64,000 bases of DNA from an uncultured delta proteobacterium (GCA_963733195.1 CAVTCR010000074.1:96001-160000), one strand, 5' to 3'; shown: positions 30,733 through 41,256, counted from the first letter of the stretch. The notes: generated by a model from the sequence alone, not told the origin. Numbers and translations are program-made.

Positions 30733-31863
30733 TCATCTTTGTCGGTTATCACTGTCTTTCACCGGCTTCTGCAAGAGAAACACGTCCTGATTGGCATCTT
30801 TGGCCCCACCAGGAACAAAATCGATGACAATCAATTCTCTCGCTAACACGTCACGAACATACGCTTCTGGATGATAGGCCGTACAATGATTGCTGCCGGA
30901 GAGTTCAGGGCTATACACCACCATTTCTCCCGCCGCAAACCGTTGTTGTTGGGCAAGCGGCAACGAGGAAATATGGGTTGCGCCGTGGACAGTCAAAAAC
31001 AGAATTCCCCCAGGTTTCAATACCCGTGACAATTCGGCCATCCAGGCAAACTGCAATGACGCTTCTAGGTGCGTAAAAATGGAAATGGTATACACCAAAT
31101 CGAATTGAGCATCGGCATAGGAAAGTGGCGGCGATAATTCGTTGGTAGAAAACTGCGCAAAGGGAAACGCATTTCGACACCAGCCGATGAGATACGGATT
31201 GTAGTCGGTGCCAAAAAGCTTTGGGCCGTTAAGGGTCTGCCAGTGACGTATCACGCGCCCACAACCACAACCAAAGTCGAGAATAGTGTCGAACCGATTG
31301 ATATCGAAACCATTCTTGTTGAGCAGCCCTCTGATGCAGCGTGCACCGAGCAACCCACTCCAGTAAAATGGCTGGACCTGTGGCATTCCTGTCACCAACG
31401 CTACCAACTCAGGAGGCGGCAGGGGAAGACCGTCCGGTGCACCTTGCGCTCTCCATTCAACATCTGGTGGTTCTTGCAAAGCGAATACAACGCCGATGTT
31501 CTCCTCATGACACGTCATTCGATACTGTTGCTCAATGTACTGCTTGAATTGCACATGCAAGGCGAACCATTCCCAGGCAGACGCTGCAACTAGGAGAAAC
31601 GCGGCCCCCTTGTTACGTAACGCCTCTATCTGGGCAATTATCGTACGATCGTCGGAAGGTATAGCGCTACTGCTCGCCAACACCAACGGCCATACGGTAT
31701 GCTCTTCGCAGCGCAAGAGATTTGGAGTTTCCTGGGTAAGGAGGATGACTGTGGCATTATGAGGAAGCGAAAAGCGGAGGAGCCGTCGCAATCCTTCCCC
31801 ACGAGACAGATCCTCACCCTCTCGTGTATGGTCCGCAAGACCGGGTGCCAGCAGATCTTCCAT
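30733..31863 (-). CDS. Class I SAM-dependent methyltransferase with N-terminal extension
   Basis: ILDFGCGCGR, SIFTHL, RVLKPGG; ATG at 31863 preceded by GAAGGAG. Confidence 0.88.
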   Translation of the reverse strand: MEDLLAPGLADHTREGEDLSRGEGLRRLLRFSLPHNATVILLTQETPNLLRCEEHTVWPLVLASSSAIPSDDRTIIAQIEALRNKGAAFLLVAASAWEWFALHVQFKQYIEQQYRMTCHEENIGVVFALQEPPDVEWRAQGAPDGLPLPPPELVALVTGMPQVQPFYWSGLLGARCIRGLLNKNGFDINRFDTILDFGCGCGRVIRHWQTLNGPKLFGTDYNPYLIGWCRNAFPFAQFSTNELSPPLSYADAQFDLVYTISIFTHLEASLQFAWMAELSRVLKPGGILFLTVHGATHISSLPLAQQQRFAAGEMVVYSPELSGSNHCTAYHPEAYVRDVLARELIVIDFVPGGAKDANQDVFLLQKPVKDSDNRQR

Positions 31864-31897
31864 ATCTCCTTCCTGTGACATCAGGGTGCTCTCTCTT

Positions 31898-33040
31898 TTA
31901 CACCGGAGAGGAGGCTTTCCGCCATCGCCACTGTTGCACGAGTCGCAAGTCCGGCAACGAAAAGAGTCGAGCAAAAAATTCTCCGTCTCTGAGTTGCGCC
32001 CAGACTTGGGTCGAAAGGATAAGCTTGTCAGCCGTGGAAAGAAACCGTGCGATCGCAGGGACACACAAGGGAAGAGGGGAGAGTTGCCATAAATGCTCCC
32101 CTATCAGAGGTTTTGGTAGTGAGAAAACCGGTGGCTCAATACAGGTGCCGAGATCCACCCCATCGCCAGGTTGCCATGAGTTATCTTTCCGCACTCGCCA
32201 CTGCGTAGCCGCTCCTACTACGTTCCCTCCTAGCAGCTTGCCATAATACTTTCGGAAGTAGCGCATTTCTGACTCTTTCCCAGCTTGCTGTGCAGTCGAG
32301 ACCTCTTGTCGGGCACTCTGATTATGCAGATGGATAACGTCCGCCGTTGGCACGTAATAAAGCCCATATCCTTTCTGTCGCATCCGTCGACACCAGTCCG
32401 TATCTTCGTAATAGAGACGAAACTGTTCGTCAAATCCACCACACGCTGCCAGTATCTCTTTGTGAGTCAAAAGGCTTGCCCCTGACAGCATGGGTTGAGG
32501 GAGGGATTTCTGCGTGCGCCAATACTGCAGCGCGCGTTCACGCCAGGTATGCTCCAGCCACCGCCGCCCACGCTCCGATCGGCCCAGCATCGTTTCAAAG
32601 AAAGATCGCGTCAATGTTACTGGATCACTTGGAGGCAATAAGAATGTTTGCTCACGATCCCACCATAACCGGGGGCCTACGGCTCCACAACGCGGCAATC
32701 TACTAAACTCATCAACCAGCGTTTGCAACGCGCCGGGGACGTACCATGTGTCAGAATTGGAGAACAAGACGAAATCACTATCGGTTCTTTCTACTGCCTG
32801 ATTGAGCGCAGCACCATACCCTCGGTTTTCCTCGTTATACACAACACGCACGCCAATTCCGGATAACGCCCGCCGTTCGTCAGCACGCGAGGCATTATCG
32901 ACAACGACGACATGCGGAGACTCAACTTTACCATCCGATCGATAGAGCCTCTGCGCTTGCAGAGAAGCCACACAGCGGTGGGTGAGTTCAGTGGTGTTGT
33001 AGTTGACGATCAGAACAGAGAGCAAAGGACGGGAAGGCAT
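31898..33040 (-). CDS. Glycosyltransferase family 2
   Basis: SVLIVNYN, VVDNAS, NSD, GGFDEQFRLYYEDTD. Confidence 0.92.
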   Translation of the reverse strand: MPSRPLLSVLIVNYNTTELTHRCVASLQAQRLYRSDGKVESPHVVVVDNASRADERRALSGIGVRVVYNEENRGYGAALNQAVERTDSDFVLFSNSDTWYVPGALQTLVDEFSRLPRCGAVGPRLWWDREQTFLLPPSDPVTLTRSFFETMLGRSERGRRWLEHTWRERALQYWRTQKSLPQPMLSGASLLTHKEILAACGGFDEQFRLYYEDTDWCRRMRQKGYGLYYVPTADVIHLHNQSARQEVSTAQQAGKESEMRYFRKYYGKLLGGNVVGAATQWRVRKDNSWQPGDGVDLGTCIEPPVFSLPKPLIGEHLWQLSPLPLCVPAIARFLSTADKLILSTQVWAQLRDGEFFARLFSLPDLRLVQQWRWRKASSPV

Positions 33041-33092
33041 AGCGGTTGTTGGCCTTCATGACGGCCATACGGGGTATTCGACAAACCAATAG

Positions 33093-34100
33093 TTATGCCG
33101 AGCGAAAGACCTGCTCAATTCGTTCTGCCACACGCGCAAAAGTATACTGTCGCGCAATTTCCAGACCACGGCGACGTTGGCGTTGGCGTAATTCCTCATC
33201 TGTCAACAACTGACACAGGGCAAGACGCATGCCGTTCACATCACGTTCGGCAAAGAACAGTGCCCAGTCGTTCGTGTCGGCAAAGGCGCGAAACGTGGCG
33301 GTATCACTCACCGCTACTGGCACCCCACTAGCAAGTGCTTCTAACACCGGAAGTCCGAATCCCTCTCGTGCCAATGACGGTCCGAGCAAGACGTCACAGG
33401 AACGATACAAAGCTCCCATCTCAGTTGGATGCAATCGCACGTGATAGTCATCCCCCACACCAAAGGCGGCTTCATCTGGGGAGCATCCCAATGCAGACAC
33501 ACGTACCACATGTACGGACATTTCTCGCTTGAGCGCGCGGAGGGCAGTAAGGCCATCAGCAATGCCTTTACAATCATCTTCGTACAATCCGACGAGCAAG
33601 ACCCGGGGGATTTCGTTTTTCACCTGTTGTCGGTCAGCGAAAAACAGCGAATGATTTATTCCTTGACCAACGGTGTAGGCTTTTTTTCCGAACCGCACCT
33701 GAATCAGTTGGGTCAACGGCTCGTGTACCGTGAGGATGAGCGTAGGTAACCGATACACATCCTCGATCGTCGGACGATCGGTATCGTACGCTGGCGTATC
33801 TCCCTCGTACCCCTGGCAGAGGTGGACTGGGCGACCTTTACCAGATTGTACGGCGGCTCGCACTGTGGGCCAAAATGTCCCGATGAGAAAATCACACTCA
33901 GGAAGCGCTGACGGCAGGAATTCATTGACTTGGCGAAAGGGCACTCGCAACGGATACCAATCGGGACGTGCACCTTTAGAAATCACTTCGACATGATGCC
34001 CACGTTCTTGGAGCGCCTCGGCTTGCTCAAACGTGACTTTCACTCCACCGCACAGCGGGGTCCCCTCTGACAAGTAACAGATACGCATGCCTGTTCCCAT
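33093..34100 (-). CDS. Glycosyltransferase family 4
   Basis: GGVKV, ATFW-like GTFW, EGFGLPVLEALASG. Confidence 0.9.
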   Translation of the reverse strand: MGTGMRICYLSEGTPLCGGVKVTFEQAEALQERGHHVEVISKGARPDWYPLRVPFRQVNEFLPSALPECDFLIGTFWPTVRAAVQSGKGRPVHLCQGYEGDTPAYDTDRPTIEDVYRLPTLILTVHEPLTQLIQVRFGKKAYTVGQGINHSLFFADRQQVKNEIPRVLLVGLYEDDCKGIADGLTALRALKREMSVHVVRVSALGCSPDEAAFGVGDDYHVRLHPTEMGALYRSCDVLLGPSLAREGFGLPVLEALASGVPVAVSDTATFRAFADTNDWALFFAERDVNGMRLALCQLLTDEELRQRQRRRGLEIARQYTFARVAERIEQVFRSA

Positions 34101-34121
34101 CCTGCGGTTCTGACCTCACCC

Positions 34122-35351
34122 TCAACGAGCATCATGAGCAGCAAAGTTCGTAGTGGTCCTTGTCTCCTCTGTCCAGGTATGATCCAGGTGGAAGATGCCC
34201 CATTCTTTTTCGTCGGTCGCGATGGTGAAAGTTTGCTCAGTAACTTTCTGATAGTAGATATGTACCCCGTGTTCATCAAGTAAGAAAACAACAATTCGGA
34301 ATGATCCATTACTCAACAAAAGATTGGGAAAAGAAACAGTAACATTATAGGACAGCCGTCCAACAAATGGCCCACGTCCTTCTTTTAGGGTGGTCGTGGC
34401 AAAACAGGTCAAGTTATCGATACGGTCAATGGCAATGCCGAGATGAAATAAGCGATCCGGATGATCGCTTTTCCAGCGGACCTGCACACGCAACGACTCT
34501 CCCCGCTTCACCACCCGGACATTTTCCTGAAGAATGCCACCGTCAATGGCAACCTCTTCTATTTCACCACCGAGACGAAGGTCACGCCAGTGCTGTTCTG
34601 GTAGATGCTCTGTTTTCGCTTGCAGATAGGTTTCGTAGGCATTCACAACCTGTACAGTTGGCCCGTAGGCTTCAACCTGTCCGTTGCGCAACCATATCGC
34701 TTCCTGACAAAGCATATTGACGCTATAGAGTGAATGGGAACAGAGGAGTACACTCCCCCCCTTTGCCTGGAACGTACTGATGCGATCGATACATTTCTTC
34801 TGAAAGTAGCCGTCGCCGACCGCCAGGGCTTCGTCAACAATAAGCAGGTCCGGATCAACACTCACTGCAAGAGAAAAAGACAGTCGCATCCCCATACCAG
34901 TGGAATAGCTTCTGAGGGGACGGTGCAAAAATTTCCCCAGCTCCGAGAATTCTACAATTTCGGGCAGCTTCTCTTCCATTTGTTTGCGCGAGAAACCAAG
35001 CAGCGCTCCCCCGACGAAAAGATTTTCAAGGCCACTGAATTCAGGATGGAACCCAGTACCAAGCTCGATAATAGAAGCAACACGACCCTGAACACTGACC
35101 GTTCCGGTCGTTGGAGTGAGGACCCCCGTAATGAGTTTGAGAAGTGTCGATTTCCCAGCGCCGTTCTCTCCCAGAACCCCAAGGGATACCCCTTTTGGCA
35201 GGCTGAAACTCACGTTTTTGACAGCCCAGAAATCATCGTGATAATAGCGCCGCGAGAAAAGCTCTTTAAAGCGATCGATTGGATGCGCGTACAACCGATA
35301 ACACTTCCCCAGGTTGTTAACAGTCAACAGCGCAGAAGGCGACACGTGCAT
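34122..35351 (-). CDS. wzt: Polysaccharide ABC exporter ATPase with C-terminal Wzt-C-like domain
   Basis: GENGAGKST, YSTGMGMRL, VDEALAVGDGYFQKKC and a beta-rich C-terminal domain; likely ATG at 35351. Confidence 0.92.
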   Translation of the reverse strand: MHVSPSALLTVNNLGKCYRLYAHPIDRFKELFSRRYYHDDFWAVKNVSFSLPKGVSLGVLGENGAGKSTLLKLITGVLTPTTGTVSVQGRVASIIELGTGFHPEFSGLENLFVGGALLGFSRKQMEEKLPEIVEFSELGKFLHRPLRSYSTGMGMRLSFSLAVSVDPDLLIVDEALAVGDGYFQKKCIDRISTFQAKGGSVLLCSHSLYSVNMLCQEAIWLRNGQVEAYGPTVQVVNAYETYLQAKTEHLPEQHWRDLRLGGEIEEVAIDGGILQENVRVVKRGESLRVQVRWKSDHPDRLFHLGIAIDRIDNLTCFATTTLKEGRGPFVGRLSYNVTVSFPNLLLSNGSFRIVVFLLDEHGVHIYYQKVTEQTFTIATDEKEWGIFHLDHTWTEETRTTTNFAAHDAR

Positions 35352-35372
35352 TTCTGTAGCGACTTTGATGGC

Positions 35373-35401
35373 AAAAAAAAGGGCGGGGATGTTCCCCGCC
35401 C
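35373..35401 (-). terminator. Rho-independent terminator after the hidden secreted-protein gene
   Basis: Minus strand GGGCGGGG-AACAT-CCCCGCCC followed by T8. Confidence 0.88.
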
Positions 35402-35438
35402 ACGTGTTCACAACATAACGACCCGCAGCAATACGCAC

Positions 35439-36751
35439 TTACTCTGCGCCGGCTCCACCTTGGTAGTTCGTGTATTGCCGATGCGCTGGGAATAACGCAT
35501 CCCATCGCAAAATTCCGACCCAGGCCCAGGATACCTCACCGAAGTTGTTGGCAAACTGCAGCGAGTACGCCACCGCCTGAATCGGCGGTCGCTACCCCCC
35601 TGCTCCCCACGTCGCCCCATATACGGATCGTAGCCACAATAGCCAAACTGCCCACAGACAAACTTAATCCGGAACCACCCGCCCGGTGCTCCCGGCGTGA
35701 TGATCGCAGCCGTCGGCCGAAATTCACCTCATTCGGCAGGTTGAACGTCACCGAATGCGAATTCTCATCCTCGTCATACACCGCCAAGTTCAACGCTCGC
35801 CGCCGCCCCAGTGGTGTTGCGATCCTTCCACAACCATACCTCCGACCGCCCATTCAACTCCGTCGCACCGAAAAATACCGCACGAGCAAACTCAACGGCG
35901 AATCCGGCTCTGCCCCACCGGTTGCATCCGCATCTCCCGTCTGCGCCACGTCTCCGGCTGGCCCATCAATCCGCTCCCGGTTCAAGGTCGCCATACACAA
36001 AGCCAGCACCATTACACGACACTGGAGCTGAGGTCTGCAGGAACACAAGCTCCACCACCCTGCTCCTCAACACACCGCGTCAGATAAAACCCGTCTGAGT
36101 TCAGATAGCCGACTGGCGCCTGAACAGCCCCGTGACCAAAGCATGGACTAACTGCTTCAATGCTCACCGCATTGAACCCCGTCGCTGACCCGGCTGGCAA
36201 ATTCGACCAAGTACGAATGCCCGACTAAAATATTCCAGTCCCCGAACGGATACCCCGCTGCCCCGGAAATTAAACGTCGGCCCACTCACCACGTCCGCCG
36301 TCACATACCCTGCACAGAATGTTACACCATAGGACCGTCAACGACTCACCACACCCGTCGGTGCAGGCGCTATCACGGCGAGGTCACTCGCGACACTCCT
36401 GCCCACCAACCAGTAAGTCTAACAAACTGCACGAAAACACATCGTGCGGCGTCAAGCTGACACTAAAATCATAAATGTGCGCGAAGTCACACTCCAGATC
36501 GTGATATGCACCCATGTTGCGCCACACCACTGAAGCGCTGACGTTGTAGCACCTGCTGTGTTAGTCACCACCATCAACGTATCCTGCCACGAAAGCGGCC
36601 CCGGCGTTCGGATTAGACCTTGAAAAACGGAAATAATAATGTCGCCGCCGGTACATCATCCGGTATCCCAACCACCGCTCTCCCACGCCTACTACCCAAG
36701 AAGAATAGCCCTGCAACCAAAGTCACCACAGTCCTGCTCTCATTTTTGCAT
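35439..36751 (-). CDS. Secreted ~430-aa protein, candidate S-layer/major surface protein; heavily frameshifted as assembled
   Basis: Stitched across frames: signal-like VVTLVAGLFFLG, then VVGIPDDVPAATLLFPFFKV, QDTLMVVTNT, VHITIWSV, YDFSVSLTPHDVFSCSLLDLL, GYVTADVV, YPFGDWNILVGHSYLV, GFNAVSIEA, RERIDGP, SLLVRYF, EVWLWKDRN, AVYDEDEN, GGWFRIKF, IQAVAYSLQFAN, RWDALFPAHRQYTNYQGGAGAE*. AGGAGG RBS before ATG 36751. Function is inferred. Confidence 0.75.
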
Positions 36752-36907
36752 TACTCTGCCTCCTTCCTTCTAAAATGCCGTAAGGGAATTGCAATACCTC
36801 TTGTAACCAAATACTGCTCACACTGCGTTACTGCCCCGATCTGATAATTGAAGCTTATGCTCTCCGCTCAGCTAAGCCCACTCCGGGCCTCTCTCTCATA
36901 GCCCACA

Positions 36908-37381
36908 TCACCTCCTTTCCATGTCCGTGCCGTCACCATCACTCGGGAAGTGATGATACCACTGGCCTCTGTTCCTCACCCAACGTTCTGACATTGACGA
37001 GGACACAGCCCGAGAGAGCCCCGGCAAAAGATATTCCGCTTTCAACTCCACCTCCGCCTCATCTCCATTTTCCTTAATTGATTGAATCGTATACTTGGTG
37101 AAAACAATAGGCGCTGTGAGGATTTTCCTCAGGTAGGTTTGCTTATCAGGTACCCCTGGCGCTTCAAACTTATACGTTAATTCCGTTTTCTTTTCTATAC
37201 GTAGTTTCCAGTATTCTTTTACTCGCTCTTCTAAGCTGACCGGCTTTCCACCACACGAGGATGCTACCATGCCTAGGAGACTTAACGCAAACGCAATACG
37301 TACCGCCTTGCCGCTTTTGGATGAGCGCCCCTCTGCTTCATTATTCTGGCTGGGCATTCTTGTCAAGTGCAAACTACTCAA
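36908..37381 (-). CDS. Small hypothetical lipoprotein (NTF2-like fold possible)
   Basis: Hydrophobic stretch then ASSC lipobox; LEERVKEYW...ERWVRNRGQWYH. Confidence 0.7.
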   Translation of the reverse strand: MSSLHLTRMPSQNNEAEGRSSKSGKAVRIAFALSLLGMVASSCGGKPVSLEERVKEYWKLRIEKKTELTYKFEAPGVPDKQTYLRKILTAPIVFTKYTIQSIKENGDEAEVELKAEYLLPGLSRAVSSSMSERWVRNRGQWYHHFPSDGDGTDMERR

Positions 37382-37406
37382 CGTACGCTCACACCACCCC
37401 CAGATA

Positions 37407-38666
37407 CTACCGCCCTACCCACGCAATAATCTTTCCATCACCCTCGCCGGCATAGTTCGCCACAATCACATTCTGAGCGCTTTTCTCGCAGAGAAAAGCG
37501 CGAACTTTGTAGTTCCTTAATTTTTCCGATTCTGCAGCTGCTTGCAGCTCTTGGCGCTCAAACCAATTACCATCTGGTTGTTGGCTGTAGAGCTTCAATG
37601 TTCCGGTATACATACCAGCGGCAGCAATTTCTTTACGCCCATCTCCGTCAACGTCAGTGGCGGTTACGCCACTGACCCAAAAGACTTGCGGAAGCCCCTG
37701 CGAAAGGTTGTTCCACTGACTCCCATCCCAGCGGTACACACGCGGGCCACCATTCTGGTACATCGGCGCCCCGCCTACGCCCAACAACACTTCCGCTTTC
37801 TCATCGTTATCAAGATCAACGAGCTGGACGCTCCAGGCGATGATATGACTGGGTAACCCTTCTGCACTTACAGCATGCCATTTGCCATTGCCGTCGCTTA
37901 GCCAGAGAAACTGCGGTCGCGTATCATTGAGGCTCCCGGTAGCAATATCCGGAACGCCATCTCCATTCACTTCGCCAATTGCCACATCGTCGCCGAACAA
38001 TCCCCTAGAGCCTTCAATTCCTTCAAATCTCCATCCCGAGGCCTCATTCCAGAGAATCCCGAGACCTTGGGGTTCATCATTTGATTCTCTCCCCGGAGCT
38101 TCAGAAAGGGCCACGAGATCTACACGCCCGTCCTTGTTCATATCGGCAGTCACAATCGCCCGGGAGCGGAAGGTGCGAACGCTTTCCGGTACGTTCGACT
38201 GTTCCTCCCACGGCCCACACGGCCCTGTGCCAGTGTTACTAAAGATGCGAATGCCAGTTTCGTGCACAGCGATGGCAATCTCCATTTTCCCGTCTCCAGT
38301 AAAATCAGCGACGGTCACTCCGCCATATGCGTATTCCTGTTGAGGAAAGCCATTGTGCCCAACCCCCGTACACACCACCGGCTGCCAACGGTTTTCCCGA
38401 CGCAAAAAAATGTGCGGCCACGGTTCTTTGCTCTTGCGAGGTGGAGCAGTAATGAGGTCGAGTTCACCATCGCCATCCATATCAGCAAAAGTAAAATCCT
38501 GTCGCCACAGATCTCCGCTTGGCAGTCCATCAGCCGCAACTACCAGGCTCTTTGGCCCTCCTGGTGACGGAGCATCAGACGTACAGGCACACACGAAAAG
38601 TCCGGCGCTCATGAATACCAGCATGAGCGCAACTCCCAGTCTCCAACTCATCATCCTCCCATTCAT
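37407..38666 (-). CDS. FG-GAP/VCBS-repeat secreted protein or lipoprotein (beta-propeller)
   Basis: Repeated DxDGDGxxD Ca-binding motifs (DMDGDGELD, DFTGDGKME, DMNKDGRVD, EVNGDGVPD, DVDGDGRKE); signal peptide. Confidence 0.88.
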   Translation of the reverse strand: MNGRMMSWRLGVALMLVFMSAGLFVCACTSDAPSPGGPKSLVVAADGLPSGDLWRQDFTFADMDGDGELDLITAPPRKSKEPWPHIFLRRENRWQPVVCTGVGHNGFPQQEYAYGGVTVADFTGDGKMEIAIAVHETGIRIFSNTGTGPCGPWEEQSNVPESVRTFRSRAIVTADMNKDGRVDLVALSEAPGRESNDEPQGLGILWNEASGWRFEGIEGSRGLFGDDVAIGEVNGDGVPDIATGSLNDTRPQFLWLSDGNGKWHAVSAEGLPSHIIAWSVQLVDLDNDEKAEVLLGVGGAPMYQNGGPRVYRWDGSQWNNLSQGLPQVFWVSGVTATDVDGDGRKEIAAAGMYTGTLKLYSQQPDGNWFERQELQAAAESEKLRNYKVRAFLCEKSAQNVIVANYAGEGDGKIIAWVGR

Positions 38667-38693
38667 ATCACTTTCCGTGATTATCCATATCTC

Positions 38694-39494
38694 TTAGAGA
38701 AGATCGGCAAACTCAGGTTCCAGTCGTGAAAAGACCCAGTGCCCAGAGAGCAACACCACAGCCGTCCACACACAGGGCGTCCCCAAGTCCGCAAGAGCGG
38801 GCAGGGTCCCTTCAAGGAGAATGGCACGATAGGAAGAAACGATCGGGGTAAACGGATTCCAGTGCCACACGGTCATAAACCGGGAAGGAACATACGACAA
38901 CGGATAAATGATCGGCGTCAAGTAAAACCACACCATGAAAACCATCTGCAGGACCGGAAGCGTATCCCGCAACAGCGTCTGCACGCTCGCGGCGATCAGT
39001 CCAAACCCAAACGCGAGAGCCGTTTGTAAACATAACAATACCGGGAGGAGTGGCAGACTCACCCATGCCAGCCGTCCTGTCACTAATAGTGCGACAAGCA
39101 AGACGCTGAAACTGAGCACAGAAGCAACAAGACTTGCTAAGATACTGCTCACCACCAGCACCACGGTAGGGAAGCGCATGGCTTTGACTAAGCTCGCATT
39201 ATCGATAATCGCCGTTGCCGCCTTGGTAACGCCTTCCTGAAAACCAAGCCACGGCAGAAGGCCGGCCAAGAGGTAAAAAGCAAACACTCCATGCCCGGCT
39301 TCAGTGGTAAACTTCACTTGCAGGATTGTGGAGAAGACAAACATATAGACCAAAAACAATAAGAGTGGCTGAAGGATTGCCCATGCCAGGCCAAGAACGG
39401 ATCCAGCGTAGCGAGCTCGGAGATCGCGGCGGACGAGCCCGGCAATCATCACTCGGTGTGTCCACATCTGCGCGAACATAAACATCTTCCCCAC
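38694..39494 (-). CDS. wzm: Polysaccharide ABC exporter permease
   Basis: RDLRARYAGSVLGLAW, FYLTPIIYP, NP motif, FADLL C-terminus. Confidence 0.93.
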   Translation of the reverse strand: MGKMFMFAQMWTHRVMIAGLVRRDLRARYAGSVLGLAWAILQPLLLFLVYMFVFSTILQVKFTTEAGHGVFAFYLLAGLLPWLGFQEGVTKAATAIIDNASLVKAMRFPTVVLVVSSILASLVASVLSFSVLLVALLVTGRLAWVSLPLLPVLLCLQTALAFGFGLIAASVQTLLRDTLPVLQMVFMVWFYLTPIIYPLSYVPSRFMTVWHWNPFTPIVSSYRAILLEGTLPALADLGTPCVWTAVVLLSGHWVFSRLEPEFADLL

Positions 39495-39539
39495 AGCGAG
39501 GCCGCACTTTACCGTGCTTCGCCTATGGGGTCAACCCAT

Positions 39540-41256
39540 TTAGCCACTCTTTGCTTCGAGCATTCGCCGTTTATCTGCCCAGCGTGCTTCTGCTTCTTTG
39601 TCGCCACGCTCTTTTGCCACTGCTTCCAATCCTGCATACACTCCCGGAGAGTTTGGCATCAACGCCGCAGCCTGTTGGAAAAATTGCTCAGCAGTATCGA
39701 TATTTTTGAGCGCCAGGTTGACCCAACTGAGGAGATAGATGACACGAGGATTGCGCGGCGCAATTTGTTGCGCCTGAGACGCATAGTGAAAGGCTTGGCC
39801 GTAGTGGCCACTCTCAAAAGCGAGTTCTCCCAACCCAACAACGGCACCAGAGTGTTGAGGAGTAATGGCAAGTGTCTCCGCGAATTCGCGTGCAGCATCG
39901 GAGAATCGTTTTTGCCTTTTGTATACACCAGCGAGGTTATAGTGTCCCCGTGCGCTTTGCGGTGCGGTCCGAGTCACGACCGACCAAAAAGTTTCTTCGT
40001 TTACCCAATCACGATTGCGTACAATCGTCCTTAAGACTGCTCCTGTCAGCAGTGCCAGCACGAGTCCATACGCCGTTGCAGCTCGTATGCGTTCCCATCC
40101 TTGTCTCTTCGCTAGCCCTACACCACACAGCGCATCAAGCAGCACTCCGACGATTAAACAAAAACCAAACAACGGAACATAGAGATAATGTTCAGCAACG
40201 ATCTCTTTGATAGGAATAATATGCGAGAGCGGAAGAATGCTCACCAGCATCCACAACCCGCCATACCCACAGAGTGGAAACCTGCGCGCGAGCAGCGTCA
40301 AGCCGCCAGCAATACTCACAAGGATACCGAGAGCAAGCAACACGTCGGGTTGAGCGAATGAGGATGAGGCCGGAAAAGCATTGTACGAGTAATCGGCAAG
40401 GAGCGTACGTGGAAACACCATCAGACTCAGATCGTGGACCCAGATCCGCGCGACTGTGGCAAAATTCCCTTCGAGGCTCCCTCCGTACCACACCGAATTT
40501 CGAATGGTTGCCAAAAGGATCGCGCCGGAAAAATGCCACAACACTGCGCCCCCTAAAAGCAAGACGAAGAAATAGACTGCCCAACGCCGGCGGAGGGAGG
40601 CAACAACGCCTTCGTGCTGAACATCGTAGAGCCAGCACAGAAGGGGAAGGACGATCGCGCTTTCTTTACTAAGAATCCCGAGCCCATACGCAACACACGA
40701 CAACAACAGCCAGCCATAACGCCACCCGCTCGCACCCTCTGCGGCCCGAAAACGTAAGTAGGCCCACAGGCCGCAAAAGACACAGAGTCCGCCGAGGATA
40801 TCGCGCCGACCGGAAATGTACGTAACCGCATCGGTCAGTACAGGATGCAGCGCCCACAAGGCAGCAACAAACACGGCAGGACGCCACCGCCATTCGTTCT
40901 CAGGAATCACTGTCGTCGGCTGCGATTGCGTGCCCGATCTAGAGTTGGTTAGTCGGAGGGTAATAAAAAAGACGAAACAGGCAGAGAGCCAGTGATAGAA
41001 AAGATTGCTCAGGTGCAGCACCCACGGCTGCATCCCACCCACGCGCACATCGACGATGTAGGACAGATTACGAAACGGCCGATAGCCGAGAGATGTCGGT
41101 GACATGAGAAAGTGCGACAATGGACTGCGAACTCTGCACCACCGGATTCTCTACGACTAACATGTAGTCATCAAAAACAAACTCATTGCTCAGGGCATTG
41201 TAATAAGCAGCACCAATCGCCGCGGCAAGCACGAGACACACCAACAACTTCTTCAT
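39540..41256 (-). CDS. TMTC-like GT-C membrane protein with C-terminal TPRs; frameshift near 41120
   Basis: N-terminal FVFDD in the small upstream ORF, then YRP, ALHPVLTDAVTYISGR, SKESA, AEHYLY, RNRDW and TPR helices. Confidence 0.82.

Noticed and set aside
34734-35495. 253-aa plus-strand ORF and other long antisense ORFs
   Set aside because: They overlap well-supported genes on the opposite strand and show no recognisable motifs.
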